This document shows, piece after piece, positions 19,000 through 28,243 of a DNA stretch of 44,575 nt. Positions within the stretch are counted from its first letter, which is position 1, and each line of letters opens with the position of its first letter. This stretch comes from Gemmatimonadota bacterium (GTDB lineage Bacteria > Gemmatimonadota > Gemmatimonadetes > Palauibacterales > Palauibacteraceae), in NCBI GenBank assembly GCA_046758745.1, contig JBHIAV010000021.1, positions 1 through 44,575 on the forward strand, written 5' to 3'. The notes beneath the pieces are model-generated. The model saw nothing but the letters and a program-made list of their open reading frames with translations. It was not told the DNA's origin and searched no databases. A program made the translations under genes and the position numbers.

Positions 19000-20166
19000 A
19001 TGGCTCGAATGAAGGTTGCATATCTCTGTTCACTGAAGCGCGGTCTCCCGGTCTTCACGTACCGAGAGATCCGCTCCCTACGCGACCTCGGCGTCGACGT
19101 CAGCATCTACGTCATGCGGGATGTGAAGCGACAAGGGGACGCGCTCGCCGTTCCGGAAAGCGACTGGCCTGTCGTGAAGCTTAAGCTGTTTCCTTTCCTA
19201 CTTCGGCACATCACAACGCTTCTGCGCACACCCCGGCCCTATCTTTCAACTCTCGTCGTCTCGATTCAGGAAAATCTTCTGCCGCATTTCGCGCAGGCCG
19301 TGTATTTCGCGAAGGAGATGCGAGATGCGGAAATTGACCTCGTATACTGCTTCGAGGGGAAGCACGCCGTCTGGGTCGCACACTTCATTCGAGAATGGTA
19401 TCGGGTGCCGACGACCGTGATCGTGCACGCCGACGTGCTTACGATCGAAAAGCGAGTGAAGTTCACGAAGACTGCCCTGGGCGAGTGCGCGAGGATCATC
19501 ACCGTCTCGATGCATAATCGGGATGCTCTAGTCGAGCGATTCGGCATCTCGCCGGACAGAATAGAGATCGTGCGCCTCTGGTCGCCCTATCGGCCCGACG
19601 ATCGCATCAAGGTTCTGATCGTCGGTGAGTGGTCCGAGAGGAAGGGGCACGAAACGTTGCTTGACGCCTTCGCACGATTGGATCCGAGCCGGTACGTCCT
19701 CTGGGTCGTAGGTGGCGGCAGCTGGGATGGGGATTTTTATGACGTTGCCGAGGAAACCGGGAGGCGAGGATTGCGGGACCGTGTGATCATCTGGGGGAGG
19801 GTGCCGGAGGAATTCCTCAAGGTGCTCTACTCGTCGGCAGATGTTTTTGCCCTCCCGTCACGCACTACAAGAGCTGGAGTCACCGAGGGCATTCCGGTGG
19901 CATTGATGGAAGCGATGAGTTTCAGGTTGCCAGTGGTCTCCACAAACCATACCGGGATTCCCGAGCTCGTTGAAGAGATCCTGGTACCCGAGAACGATGC
20001 GGCAGCCCTCCGGGATGCACTCGCGTCCCTCGGTGAATCGAAAGAACTGCGCCGTCGGCTCGGAGATCGGAATCGAGAAATCGTCTGCGATCGCTTCTCC
20101 GAGGGGAACGTCCGGCACATCAAAGACATCTTCGAACAAGTCCTTGGAGACGCGGAGGGATCATGA
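19000..20166 (+). CDS. Glycosyltransferase family 4 (WcaL-like)
   Basis: FTYREI, RKG, EGIPVALMEAMS..LPVVST.HTGIPELV. Start is ATG 19000 or 19009. Confidence 0.88.
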   Translation: MARMKVAYLCSLKRGLPVFTYREIRSLRDLGVDVSIYVMRDVKRQGDALAVPESDWPVVKLKLFPFLLRHITTLLRTPRPYLSTLVVSIQENLLPHFAQAVYFAKEMRDAEIDLVYCFEGKHAVWVAHFIREWYRVPTTVIVHADVLTIEKRVKFTKTALGECARIITVSMHNRDALVERFGISPDRIEIVRLWSPYRPDDRIKVLIVGEWSERKGHETLLDAFARLDPSRYVLWVVGGGSWDGDFYDVAEETGRRGLRDRVIIWGRVPEEFLKVLYSSADVFALPSRTTRAGVTEGIPVALMEAMSFRLPVVSTNHTGIPELVEEILVPENDAAALRDALASLGESKELRRRLGDRNREIVCDRFSEGNVRHIKDIFEQVLGDAEGS

Positions 20167-21161
20167 GCGACGCACATACGACTCTGGTGACCGGCGCGGC
20201 GGGATTCATAGGATCGGCCGTCACCCGACTTCTCTCTGATGCGGGCCGCCGGGCGGTCGCGCTCGACAATCTGGAATGCGGTTCGACGCGTAACCTTCCG
20301 GCGTCATGGCCGGAGAGCGACTTTCTGGAATGCGACGTCCTGGAAACGGGCCGGCTCGCGGAGCTCATGCGCGCACGGCGAGTGGAGTCCGTGGTGCACC
20401 TCGCAGCGCTCAGCTTCATTCCCGAGTGCGACGCCGATCCCGGTAGGGTAATCCGGGTCAACGTCGAAGGCACGGAGTCGGTGCTCGAGGCGGCCGTCCA
20501 GAACTCGGTGCGCAACGTTTTCTTCGCATCGAGCGCCGCGGTGTATGCCCCTTCCCCGATCCCGCACGACGAAGAAGATCCTGTGGGACCGGACGACATC
20601 TACGGCCACACGAAGCTCTTCGGGGAACAGCTGGTCGCTCTCTGGTCGAGGCGAACGGGGGGTCGTGCCGTCATCGGACGGTTCTCGAACGTCTTCGGGC
20701 CGCGGGAAACGATTCCCCACGTCATCTCTCACATCCTTTCCTCCATGCGTTCGTCAGATTCGATTCGGCTGGGCAACCTCGCTCCGGTGCGCGATTACGT
20801 CTTCGTCGACGACGTTGCCCGCGCCGTGCTCGCATCACTTGACGCCGTCGGCTCGGGCGTGAGCGTCTTCAACGTGTCATCCGGGGAGGGCGCGTCGGTG
20901 GTGGATCTCCTGAGGATTCTCTCCGAGCTCACCGGTCGGTCGCTGGAACCGGTCGTCGAAAGTGCGCGCGTCCGCAACGTGGACCGACCACGACTCATCC
21001 TCTCGAACGCGAAGCTCAAAGCGGAGGCAGCGTGGCGTCCGCAGCTCTCGCTCCCGGAAGGTCTGCGGCGGCTGCTGGCGGATGAGGAACTCCGGGATGT
21101 GGCTGGCGCTTACAGATCCGGCCGACCTCGGCCAATGCTCAAAGAGCCTCAGCTGCACTAA
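20163..21161 (+). CDS. NAD-dependent NDP-sugar epimerase/dehydratase (GalE-like)
   Basis: TGAAGFIG, HLAA, SSAAVY, YGHTK, RDYVFVDD. ATGA overlap with the upstream gene. Confidence 0.9.
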   Translation: MSDAHTTLVTGAAGFIGSAVTRLLSDAGRRAVALDNLECGSTRNLPASWPESDFLECDVLETGRLAELMRARRVESVVHLAALSFIPECDADPGRVIRVNVEGTESVLEAAVQNSVRNVFFASSAAVYAPSPIPHDEEDPVGPDDIYGHTKLFGEQLVALWSRRTGGRAVIGRFSNVFGPRETIPHVISHILSSMRSSDSIRLGNLAPVRDYVFVDDVARAVLASLDAVGSGVSVFNVSSGEGASVVDLLRILSELTGRSLEPVVESARVRNVDRPRLILSNAKLKAEAAWRPQLSLPEGLRRLLADEELRDVAGAYRSGRPRPMLKEPQLH

Positions 21162-21180
21162 GTAAAGAGAACGGATCCGG

Positions 21181-22218
21181 GTGGCGGGACGAATGAACGA
21201 CGAGAGCGGCGAGCTCCCAAAAGTCTTCCTCAGCCACTGGGACAGGATCGAGCGTGAGACAGTGGCGACCGCGCTTGCATGGTGCGGGAGGCTCGAATCA
21301 CTCCGGCCGGGTGCGCGCGTGCTCATCAAGCCCAACTTCACATTCCCGTTCCACCGGCCCGGAGTGACGACCGCACCGGATATGCTTCGGGCGGTCACCG
21401 AGCTCCTGCTGGAACGCGGAGCGGAGGTGACGATCTGCGAGAGCGGGCCGAGCCTGGACGCCTTCTCCATGTGGGGATCCTTCGAGGAGCACGGCGTCCT
21501 GCAGCTGCGCGAGGAGTACGGCATCCGCGTCCTGGACCTTCGGCGGGAGTCCTACGAGCACCGGAGCTTCGGGCCCAAGAGTGAGCTGCGGCCCGTGCCG
21601 GTTCCCGCGGTCCTTCACGAGACGGACGTGTTCATTTCGATGCCGGTCGTCAAGGTACACTGCAATACCATCGTTACTCTGGCTCTCAAGAACCAATGGG
21701 GGCTCATCCCTTGCTGCAAGCGCTTCCTCTTCCACTATGCCTTCGACGAGATCGTCGTCGGGATCAACTCGCTCCTCCCTATGGAGGTGGTGATTGCAGA
21801 CGGGAGAACGGTCCTGGATGAGAATGGACCCATGTTCGGGCGACCCAAGCCCGGGCACTTTCTCGCCGTGTCGAATTCGGCGGGAGCGTTCGACGTCGCG
21901 GTGGCGCACCTCATGGGCTTCGATCCGGAGAAGATCCAGCATATTCGCAGCGCAATGGAGAGTGGCCTCGCACCCGCAGCGCTGAGCCAGATCGAGATGA
22001 ACGCAGACCCCATCGATTTTCGGCCGTTCCGGTTCCAGTTGAAGCGAAACCTACAAAACTATGCATCGCTGGCCGGATTCAAGAGCTACTGGTTCTCCAG
22101 ACTCGGTTGGGACTCTGTAGTTGGGGAGCTCGTCCACAAACTGCTCTACGCGACCAAGGGGAACCCGCTACGCGAGGCGATGGAGGAGCGAGCGGCACAG
22201 CGGCGATCGGCGGGCTAG
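21181..22218 (+). CDS. DUF362 family protein
   Basis: VLIKPN, TT.P, ICES, MPVVKVH...TLALKNQWG, GP..G.P. Confidence 0.8.
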   Translation: MAGRMNDESGELPKVFLSHWDRIERETVATALAWCGRLESLRPGARVLIKPNFTFPFHRPGVTTAPDMLRAVTELLLERGAEVTICESGPSLDAFSMWGSFEEHGVLQLREEYGIRVLDLRRESYEHRSFGPKSELRPVPVPAVLHETDVFISMPVVKVHCNTIVTLALKNQWGLIPCCKRFLFHYAFDEIVVGINSLLPMEVVIADGRTVLDENGPMFGRPKPGHFLAVSNSAGAFDVAVAHLMGFDPEKIQHIRSAMESGLAPAALSQIEMNADPIDFRPFRFQLKRNLQNYASLAGFKSYWFSRLGWDSVVGELVHKLLYATKGNPLREAMEERAAQRRSAG

Positions 22219-22254
22219 AATACGGATATTTCTCATCTTGCTGACGCAAGCGCC

Positions 22255-22989
22255 TTGCAGCTCGACGACAACGATTGTCCGGCGCTGAAATCGCTCCTCA
22301 ATAGGCAGCGCGCAGGCCAGTACGAACGAGTAGCGTATTACGTCGACCGTTTCCTCTTCCCGGATCCAGTTGTCGGTCGGCGTCTGCTCGACATCGGCGG
22401 CGGTGATGGCAGCCTAGCCCTGTATCTTCGCCTGGCCCGAGAGGCTCGTGTGGATGTACTCGATTCGTACGTCGGGGATGGCGGACCCACAGACAACTAC
22501 GACACGTTATTGACTCGGATAGATACTCTGCAGCTGCACGATGTCGGGGTGATTCGATGTGACGTGAGAGATGTCCAGCGCGCAGTACACGATTATGACG
22601 CGATATACATGCGCAACTGCTTGCATCACATCTTCGGGAGAGATCCCTTGCAGGATGCGGCGATCGTCGATCTTTTTTCCCGCCTTCGGCGGTGGCTGGT
22701 GAAAGACGGGTCCCTTCGCATCGGTGAAACCGGTCGCCTTACAGTATGGCGCACCGTACCGCCGTGTCGCGAGCTCTTATTCCCTGGCGTTGATTACCGA
22801 TCGAAGAGTGGTGTGCGACGGTGGCGACGCTGTGCCCGACTGGCGGGGTTCATCTCCGGGGGAGTTCGATGGTATGTGCCATATCGGCTTCGCCACTTGC
22901 GTCCGCTCATCGGGAACGAGCTCGCAAGCATACTGCTTCGTCCGGAATACATTCTGCACATGCGCAAGACCCGAAGTGCATCCCGGTGA
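22255..22989 (+). CDS. Class I SAM-dependent methyltransferase
   Basis: LLDIGGGDG, YDAIY...CLHHI, L..DGSL.IGE. Confidence 0.8.
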   Translation: MQLDDNDCPALKSLLNRQRAGQYERVAYYVDRFLFPDPVVGRRLLDIGGGDGSLALYLRLAREARVDVLDSYVGDGGPTDNYDTLLTRIDTLQLHDVGVIRCDVRDVQRAVHDYDAIYMRNCLHHIFGRDPLQDAAIVDLFSRLRRWLVKDGSLRIGETGRLTVWRTVPPCRELLFPGVDYRSKSGVRRWRRCARLAGFISGGVRWYVPYRLRHLRPLIGNELASILLRPEYILHMRKTRSASR

Positions 22990-23083
22990 TCCGGCTTGAG
23001 CACTATTGAGAAGATTCCTCCCTAGAACATCTGCGACGTTGCTTCGAGCAGAGCCTCATCTGACGGTCACACGGGGACCTGGC

Positions 23084-24220
23084 GTGGACCGCCTCCTTAG
23101 CCTCGAGCTCATCGGCCGGTACGTAGGGGTGCGAGCCCTTGCGTGGGCGGATGGCGTCCTCTACGCGGGAAAGAGCTACGAGCTTGTCGCTTGGAGCCCC
23201 GATGATCCGACCTGGCGACCCGTAGCCATCTACGCACCCGGCCCGCTGGCCCGCCTCAGTTCATCGAACCACCTCATGTCGCGATTGGCCCGGCACGGAT
23301 ACCATGCCCTCGCGCCGCTTCCCGACGGTGGAATGGTGGCCGTGCTCCGCAAGGTGATCGCACGCCTGGAGCCGGGCGGCCGCCGCCTCGAGCCGACGTT
23401 TCGGGTGCGGAGGGGCACGCGCCCCCTCTCACTCGCGGTCACCCCGGCAGGCGAGATCTTCTGGGGCGAGTACTTCAGCAACCGCGGCCGGGAGCCGGTG
23501 CACGTCTACGGGTCCTCAAACGGAGGACGCTCCTGGCGAGCGGTGCACACGTTCCGCGCAGGCACCATAAGACACGTACACTCCATCAGCTACGACCCGT
23601 ACGACGACTGTCTCTGGATCCTGACCGGCGACGAGGGGGACGAGTGCGCGATACTCCGAGCCGCCGCGGACTGGTCATGGGTGGAAACCGTGCTACGGGG
23701 AAGCCAGCAGGCGCGCGCCGTTACGCTTCTGCCCCTTGAGGATGCGATCTACTTCGCGACGGACACCCCGACTGACCAGAACTACGCCTATCGGCTGGAC
23801 CGGGACGGGGGGCTGGAGCGTCTGGCGGCGCTCCCGGCGAGCAGCTTCTGGAGCTGCCGCGTCGGACACGCTCTCTTCTTCTCGACCGGTGTCGAGCCGA
23901 GCCCGGTGAACGCCGAGGAGCAGGCGACGCTCTACGGAAGCGCGGACGGACGCGAGTGGACCTGCCTGATCCGTTGGCCCGGCGACCCCTGGCCGCGGAG
24001 ACTCTTCCAGTATCCGAACATCATCCTCCCGACCGGTGAGAGCGACGGGAACGTACTCGCCGCGAGCGGCGTGGCTGTGCAGGGCCAGGATCAGACCACG
24101 CACCTGTGGCGTGTGGTCGTGGATCGCCGCGATCACCCCATAGAGGCGCGGGGGGAGTCGAGGCGGAGGACACAAGAGGAACCGCGCGGTCACGTGGGGG
24201 CTGACGGATTCCTACGCTGA
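23084..24220 (+). CDS. BNR/Asp-box beta-propeller protein (sialidase-like fold)
   Basis: Asp-boxes SSNGGRSW and SADGREW. Conserved-looking GEY..N and RHVH.I.YDPY...WI..GD. Start is GTG 23084 or TTG 23006. Confidence 0.65.
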   Translation: MDRLLSLELIGRYVGVRALAWADGVLYAGKSYELVAWSPDDPTWRPVAIYAPGPLARLSSSNHLMSRLARHGYHALAPLPDGGMVAVLRKVIARLEPGGRRLEPTFRVRRGTRPLSLAVTPAGEIFWGEYFSNRGREPVHVYGSSNGGRSWRAVHTFRAGTIRHVHSISYDPYDDCLWILTGDEGDECAILRAAADWSWVETVLRGSQQARAVTLLPLEDAIYFATDTPTDQNYAYRLDRDGGLERLAALPASSFWSCRVGHALFFSTGVEPSPVNAEEQATLYGSADGREWTCLIRWPGDPWPRRLFQYPNIILPTGESDGNVLAASGVAVQGQDQTTHLWRVVVDRRDHPIEARGESRRRTQEEPRGHVGADGFLR

Positions 24221-25065
24221 CCACGGGGGAGCCGCCACGCTGCGCGCTTACGGTCGACGTCGAGGACTACTACCAGGTCTCGGCGTTCGACGGCGCGGTG
24301 CGATACGAGGAGTGGGACCGGTACCCGAGCCGTCTCGAATCGAACGTGGATCGAGTCCTCGAGATCCTCGACGAGGAGGGCGTTCGAGGCACCTTCTTCG
24401 TTCTCGCCTGGGCCGGGGAGCGTTTCCCCTCTGTAGTGGAACGCATTCGGGAAGCGGGTCACGAGATCGCCACCCACGGCTACGCCCATCGACTCATCTA
24501 TGAGCAGACACCGGAAGAGTTCAGGGCAGACGTCGCTCGCTCGCTCGACGTGCTCCAGGGCATCACGGGCGAGCGGATCGCCGGGTACCGGGCGCCCTCC
24601 TTCTCGATCACCCCGGCCTCAGCGTGGGCGCTGGACGTGCTGTGCGAATGTGGTCTCCTCTACGACTCTAGCGTCGTGCCGGCACCTCCGCGGGTCCACT
24701 CCCGTTACGGCTTCGTCGGCGTTCCGCGGAAGCCTCACGAGATCCGCCCGGGGCTGTGGGAGTACCCCGTGACGACGTTCCGGGTGATGGGCCGTGAGTT
24801 TCCGGTCGGCGGTGGCGGATGGCTTCGGCACTATCCTCTTCGTGTCACCCGGTGGGGGCTGCGCGGCGCGATCACCGAGGGACGCTCCGCGCTCGTGTAC
24901 CTTCACCCGTGGGAGCTCGACCCCGAACAGCCCCGGGTGAAAGCGGGACCCCGGCGCCGGTTCTTTCACTACCGAAACTTGGAGAAGACCGCGTCGCGCC
25001 TGCGGGCCCTGTGTCGAGAGTTCTCGTTGGCCCCAATGGGGGAGATCCTCTGTGTGGAAGGTTGA
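24217..25065 (+). CDS. Polysaccharide deacetylase, DUF3473/XrtA-system type
   Basis: TVDVEDYYQV (upstream of the ORF-track start), TFFVL, HEIATHGYAH, GYRAPSFS, YDSS, GGGGWLR, YLHPWE.DP.QP. Inferred CTG start at 24217. Confidence 0.9.
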   Translation: MTTGEPPRCALTVDVEDYYQVSAFDGAVRYEEWDRYPSRLESNVDRVLEILDEEGVRGTFFVLAWAGERFPSVVERIREAGHEIATHGYAHRLIYEQTPEEFRADVARSLDVLQGITGERIAGYRAPSFSITPASAWALDVLCECGLLYDSSVVPAPPRVHSRYGFVGVPRKPHEIRPGLWEYPVTTFRVMGREFPVGGGGWLRHYPLRVTRWGLRGAITEGRSALVYLHPWELDPEQPRVKAGPRRRFFHYRNLEKTASRLRALCREFSLAPMGEILCVEG

Positions 25066-25729
25066 TCTCCACTCTCACACCATCCATTCCCACGATGCGT
25101 TCGCTCCGGTGGACGCCATCATCCGGACCTGCGTCAGGCGCGGGATCGACTGTCTCGCCGTGACGGATCACAACCGTGTGGATGGTGCGGTGCGGCTCAG
25201 CGCTCTTGCCCCTTTCCAGGTGATCATCGGCGAGGAGATCCGCACCACAGAGGGTGAGATCATCGGTCTTTTCCTGCGCGAGCGGATTCCCCCCTTGCTC
25301 TCCCCTGAGGAGACCATCGTCGAGATCAGGCGACAGCGCGGCGTCGTCTACATTCCGCATCCGTTCAGCGAGGGCCGGCGGGAGTCCCGCTTCCCCCGCC
25401 GGAGGCTCGAGGAGATCGTTCAGGAGGTGGACGTCGTCGAGGTGCTGAACCCCCGCAACAGGGATCCCAGTCTGGACGAGCGGGCGCGGGAGCTCGCACG
25501 AACCGCGGGCCGCCTCGCCGGTGCGGGGAGCGACGCTCACACGACGTTCGAGCTCGGCAACGCGTACGTGGAGATGGAGCCGTTCGACGACCCGGCCCGG
25601 TTCCTCAAGAGCTTGGCGAACGGGCGGATCCGTGGGCGACGCACGCCGCTGTGGTGGCGAGCCATTGCGAACCACAGGGTTCGAAAGGCTGCCCGTGCGC
25701 TCGTGCCGGCGCCGAGGTCTTCGTCTTGA
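25052..25729 (+). CDS. PHP-domain phosphoesterase
   Basis: DLHSHT..S.D, VTDHN, GEEI, IPHPF, GSDAH. Confidence 0.88.
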   Translation: MWKVDLHSHTIHSHDAFAPVDAIIRTCVRRGIDCLAVTDHNRVDGAVRLSALAPFQVIIGEEIRTTEGEIIGLFLRERIPPLLSPEETIVEIRRQRGVVYIPHPFSEGRRESRFPRRRLEEIVQEVDVVEVLNPRNRDPSLDERARELARTAGRLAGAGSDAHTTFELGNAYVEMEPFDDPARFLKSLANGRIRGRRTPLWWRAIANHRVRKAARALVPAPRSSS

Positions 25730-26925
25730 CGGCCTTCAGGACCAACGGTGGGCCGCCGGCGCCGCGGGTCTTCGTGACGGACGGGGCCCAGCGGAAGGCT
25801 ATCCCGTGCGTGCGTTCGCTCGGGCGCCACGGCGTGAACGTGGTCGTCGGCGACACCAGCCGCCTGGGCGCCGCGATGTTCTCCAAATACTGTGCCGGCC
25901 GGGTCATCTACCCATCTCCGTCGGGAAACCCCTCGCTCTTCGCTGAGTGGCTCGACGAGCACCTTCGGTCGAATCGATACGACGCTTTCCTCGCCATCGA
26001 CGAGGCGACGTTGGAGCCGGTGGCACGCCACCGCGATGCGCTAGCTGAGCACACCGCCATCCTCGTGCCCGATCATGCGAGGTTCATGAAGGCACGGGAC
26101 AAGGCGCAAACGCTGCGCCTAGCCCAAGAGGTTGGGATCCTGCACCCGAGGACCTCGTTCATCACGTGCCTGGACGAACTCCAGGGCATCGTGAAGGAGA
26201 TCGATCTGCCCGTCGTCATCAAGCCACGCCGGAGTCAGGGATCACGCGGTATCGCCTACGTGCACGAGCGCAGTGACCTGGTTCCCCGCTACCTGGGAAT
26301 CCACGCCGAGTATCCATTTCCGCTCATCCAGGAGTTCATCCCTCCGGGCGGGGACGCAGTGGGGGTCGGGGTGCTCTTCAACCGTCGAAGCGAGCTGCGG
26401 GCGACGTTTGCCTACCGCCGGCTCCGGGAGTTTCCCGTGAGCGGGGGGCCAAGCACCCTTCGCGAAGGGATCCACGCACCGGAGCTTGTGTCGATGGCGG
26501 TTCGACTCCTCGAGGCGATCGGGTGGATCGGGGTCGCCCACGTCGAGTTCAAGTTTGATCCGCGCGACGACACACCCAAGCTGATGGAGGTGAACCCGAA
26601 GATCTGGGGCTCGATCGAGCTCCCGATCGTGTCTGGGATCGACTTCCCGTACCTGATGTATCGCCTTGCAGTGGAAGCCGATATCGAGCTCGCGCCGAGC
26701 TACCGCCCGGGTGTTCGGTGCCGATGGCTCCTTCCGGGCGACTTCCTTCACCTCCTGACCAGCCCGAAGCACTTCCGCATGCAGCCGAGCTTCTTCCAGT
26801 TCGTCGCGAGAGACCTCCACTACGATGTGCTGAGCCTCAGCGACCCTGGACCGATCTTTGGAACCATCCTCTGGTATGCGCGAAAGCTCCCCACGAAGAA
26901 GCTCTGGAGCGATTTTTGTAGATGA
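25726..26925 (+). CDS. ATP-grasp ligase (D-aspartate-ligase/carboxylate-amine ligase-like)
   Basis: DK, PVVIKP..SQGSRG, LIQEFIP, HVEFK.D, MEVNPK.WGS. TTG 25726 overlaps the PHP stop (TTGA). Confidence 0.85.
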   Translation: MTAFRTNGGPPAPRVFVTDGAQRKAIPCVRSLGRHGVNVVVGDTSRLGAAMFSKYCAGRVIYPSPSGNPSLFAEWLDEHLRSNRYDAFLAIDEATLEPVARHRDALAEHTAILVPDHARFMKARDKAQTLRLAQEVGILHPRTSFITCLDELQGIVKEIDLPVVIKPRRSQGSRGIAYVHERSDLVPRYLGIHAEYPFPLIQEFIPPGGDAVGVGVLFNRRSELRATFAYRRLREFPVSGGPSTLREGIHAPELVSMAVRLLEAIGWIGVAHVEFKFDPRDDTPKLMEVNPKIWGSIELPIVSGIDFPYLMYRLAVEADIELAPSYRPGVRCRWLLPGDFLHLLTSPKHFRMQPSFFQFVARDLHYDVLSLSDPGPIFGTILWYARKLPTKKLWSDFCR

Positions 26926-28178
26926 GGATCTTGCTCATCACGAACTACTTTCCTCCGGAGATCGGGGCAGCATCCCACCTCTACCACGACCTCGCCCGGT
27001 CGCTCGTCGAGCGTGGACACGCGCTGACCGTGGTGACGGGATTCCCGCGCTACAACATCTCCCGCCGTAGAGCCGGATGGCGTCTCTTTCGCAGGGAGAA
27101 GCTTGAAGGGATCGATCTCGTGCGCGTCCAGGTGACGCCCTTCCTATCGGGCCGCCAGATTGCCCGGAAGATCGAGTATTTCTCCGTCATGCCGGCGTTT
27201 CTCCTGGGTGGTGTCCTCGCGGCACGTCACGACGTCGCCATTGCGTATTCGCCGCCGATTCCCGTGGGGATGTCGGCCTATATGCTCAAGAAGCTGAAGG
27301 GAATTCCGTTCATCTTGAACGTCCACGACATTCACCCCCAGGCCCTCGTGGACATAGGATTCGTCTCCAACCCGGTCCTGATCTCCCTCCTCCGAAGCAT
27401 GGAGAAGACGCTCTACCGAGAGGCGGCGACCGTGGCCGTACATTCGGAGGGGAACGCAGTCTACCTCGAGGGGCGCGGCGTGGACCCCCGACGCTTGGCC
27501 GTTCTTCCGGTCTGGGTCGACCTGGACGAGATCCGGCCGCGCGAGCGCTCCAACGGGTTCCGCCGGGAGATCGGCGTGAACGAGGAATTCCTGGTGGTCT
27601 TTGCCGGCACCATGGGGACCTCGCAGGACGTCGAGTCGATCGTCCGTGCCGCTCACCGGCTTCGCGATCGAGCCGACATCCGGTTCGCGCTCGTGGGTGA
27701 CGGAGTGGAGAAGCCCGTCCTCCAGCGGCTGTCCGACGGGCTCGGCTTGGAGAACGTCCGCTTCCACCCCATGCAACTGCGGGAGAGGTATCCCGACGTC
27801 CTCGCCGCTGCGGATGTCTCGCTGGTGACCCTCAAGAAGGAGGTCGTCACTCCGGTGGTACCGTCGAAGCTCCTCAGCGCGATGGCGAGCGGCCGACCGG
27901 TCGTTCTGGGAGCGGATCCGAACGGAGACGCCCCCCTGATGGTCCGGGCGGCCGAGAGCGGGATCTGCGTCCCCCCCGAAGATCCCGATTCCCTCGCGGC
28001 CGCGATCCTCCATCTGTACGCGGACCGCTCGGCCGGAGAGGCTATGGGCCGGAACGGCCGCCGATTCGTGGAGCGCCATTACTCCCGCGAGGTCTGTGTC
28101 GCAAGGTGCGAGGTGCTTTGCGAGCGGGTCCTGGCCGGCGAGACCCTCCCGCGCGCACGCGCGTTGTCGCCGAGGTAG
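26922..28178 (+). CDS. Glycosyltransferase family 4 (WbuB/WcaI-like)
   Basis: YFPPEIGA, VTGFPRY, HDIHP, AGTMG.SQ, PSKL..AMASGRPV. Confidence 0.9.
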   Translation: MRILLITNYFPPEIGAASHLYHDLARSLVERGHALTVVTGFPRYNISRRRAGWRLFRREKLEGIDLVRVQVTPFLSGRQIARKIEYFSVMPAFLLGGVLAARHDVAIAYSPPIPVGMSAYMLKKLKGIPFILNVHDIHPQALVDIGFVSNPVLISLLRSMEKTLYREAATVAVHSEGNAVYLEGRGVDPRRLAVLPVWVDLDEIRPRERSNGFRREIGVNEEFLVVFAGTMGTSQDVESIVRAAHRLRDRADIRFALVGDGVEKPVLQRLSDGLGLENVRFHPMQLRERYPDVLAAADVSLVTLKKEVVTPVVPSKLLSAMASGRPVVLGADPNGDAPLMVRAAESGICVPPEDPDSLAAAILHLYADRSAGEAMGRNGRRFVERHYSREVCVARCEVLCERVLAGETLPRARALSPR

Positions 28179-28243
28179 ACGAGCCGGACTCGACCCCTGG
28201 TTCGCATCCTGGACTCTCCCTTTCCGACAGGAGGATCAGAGAC

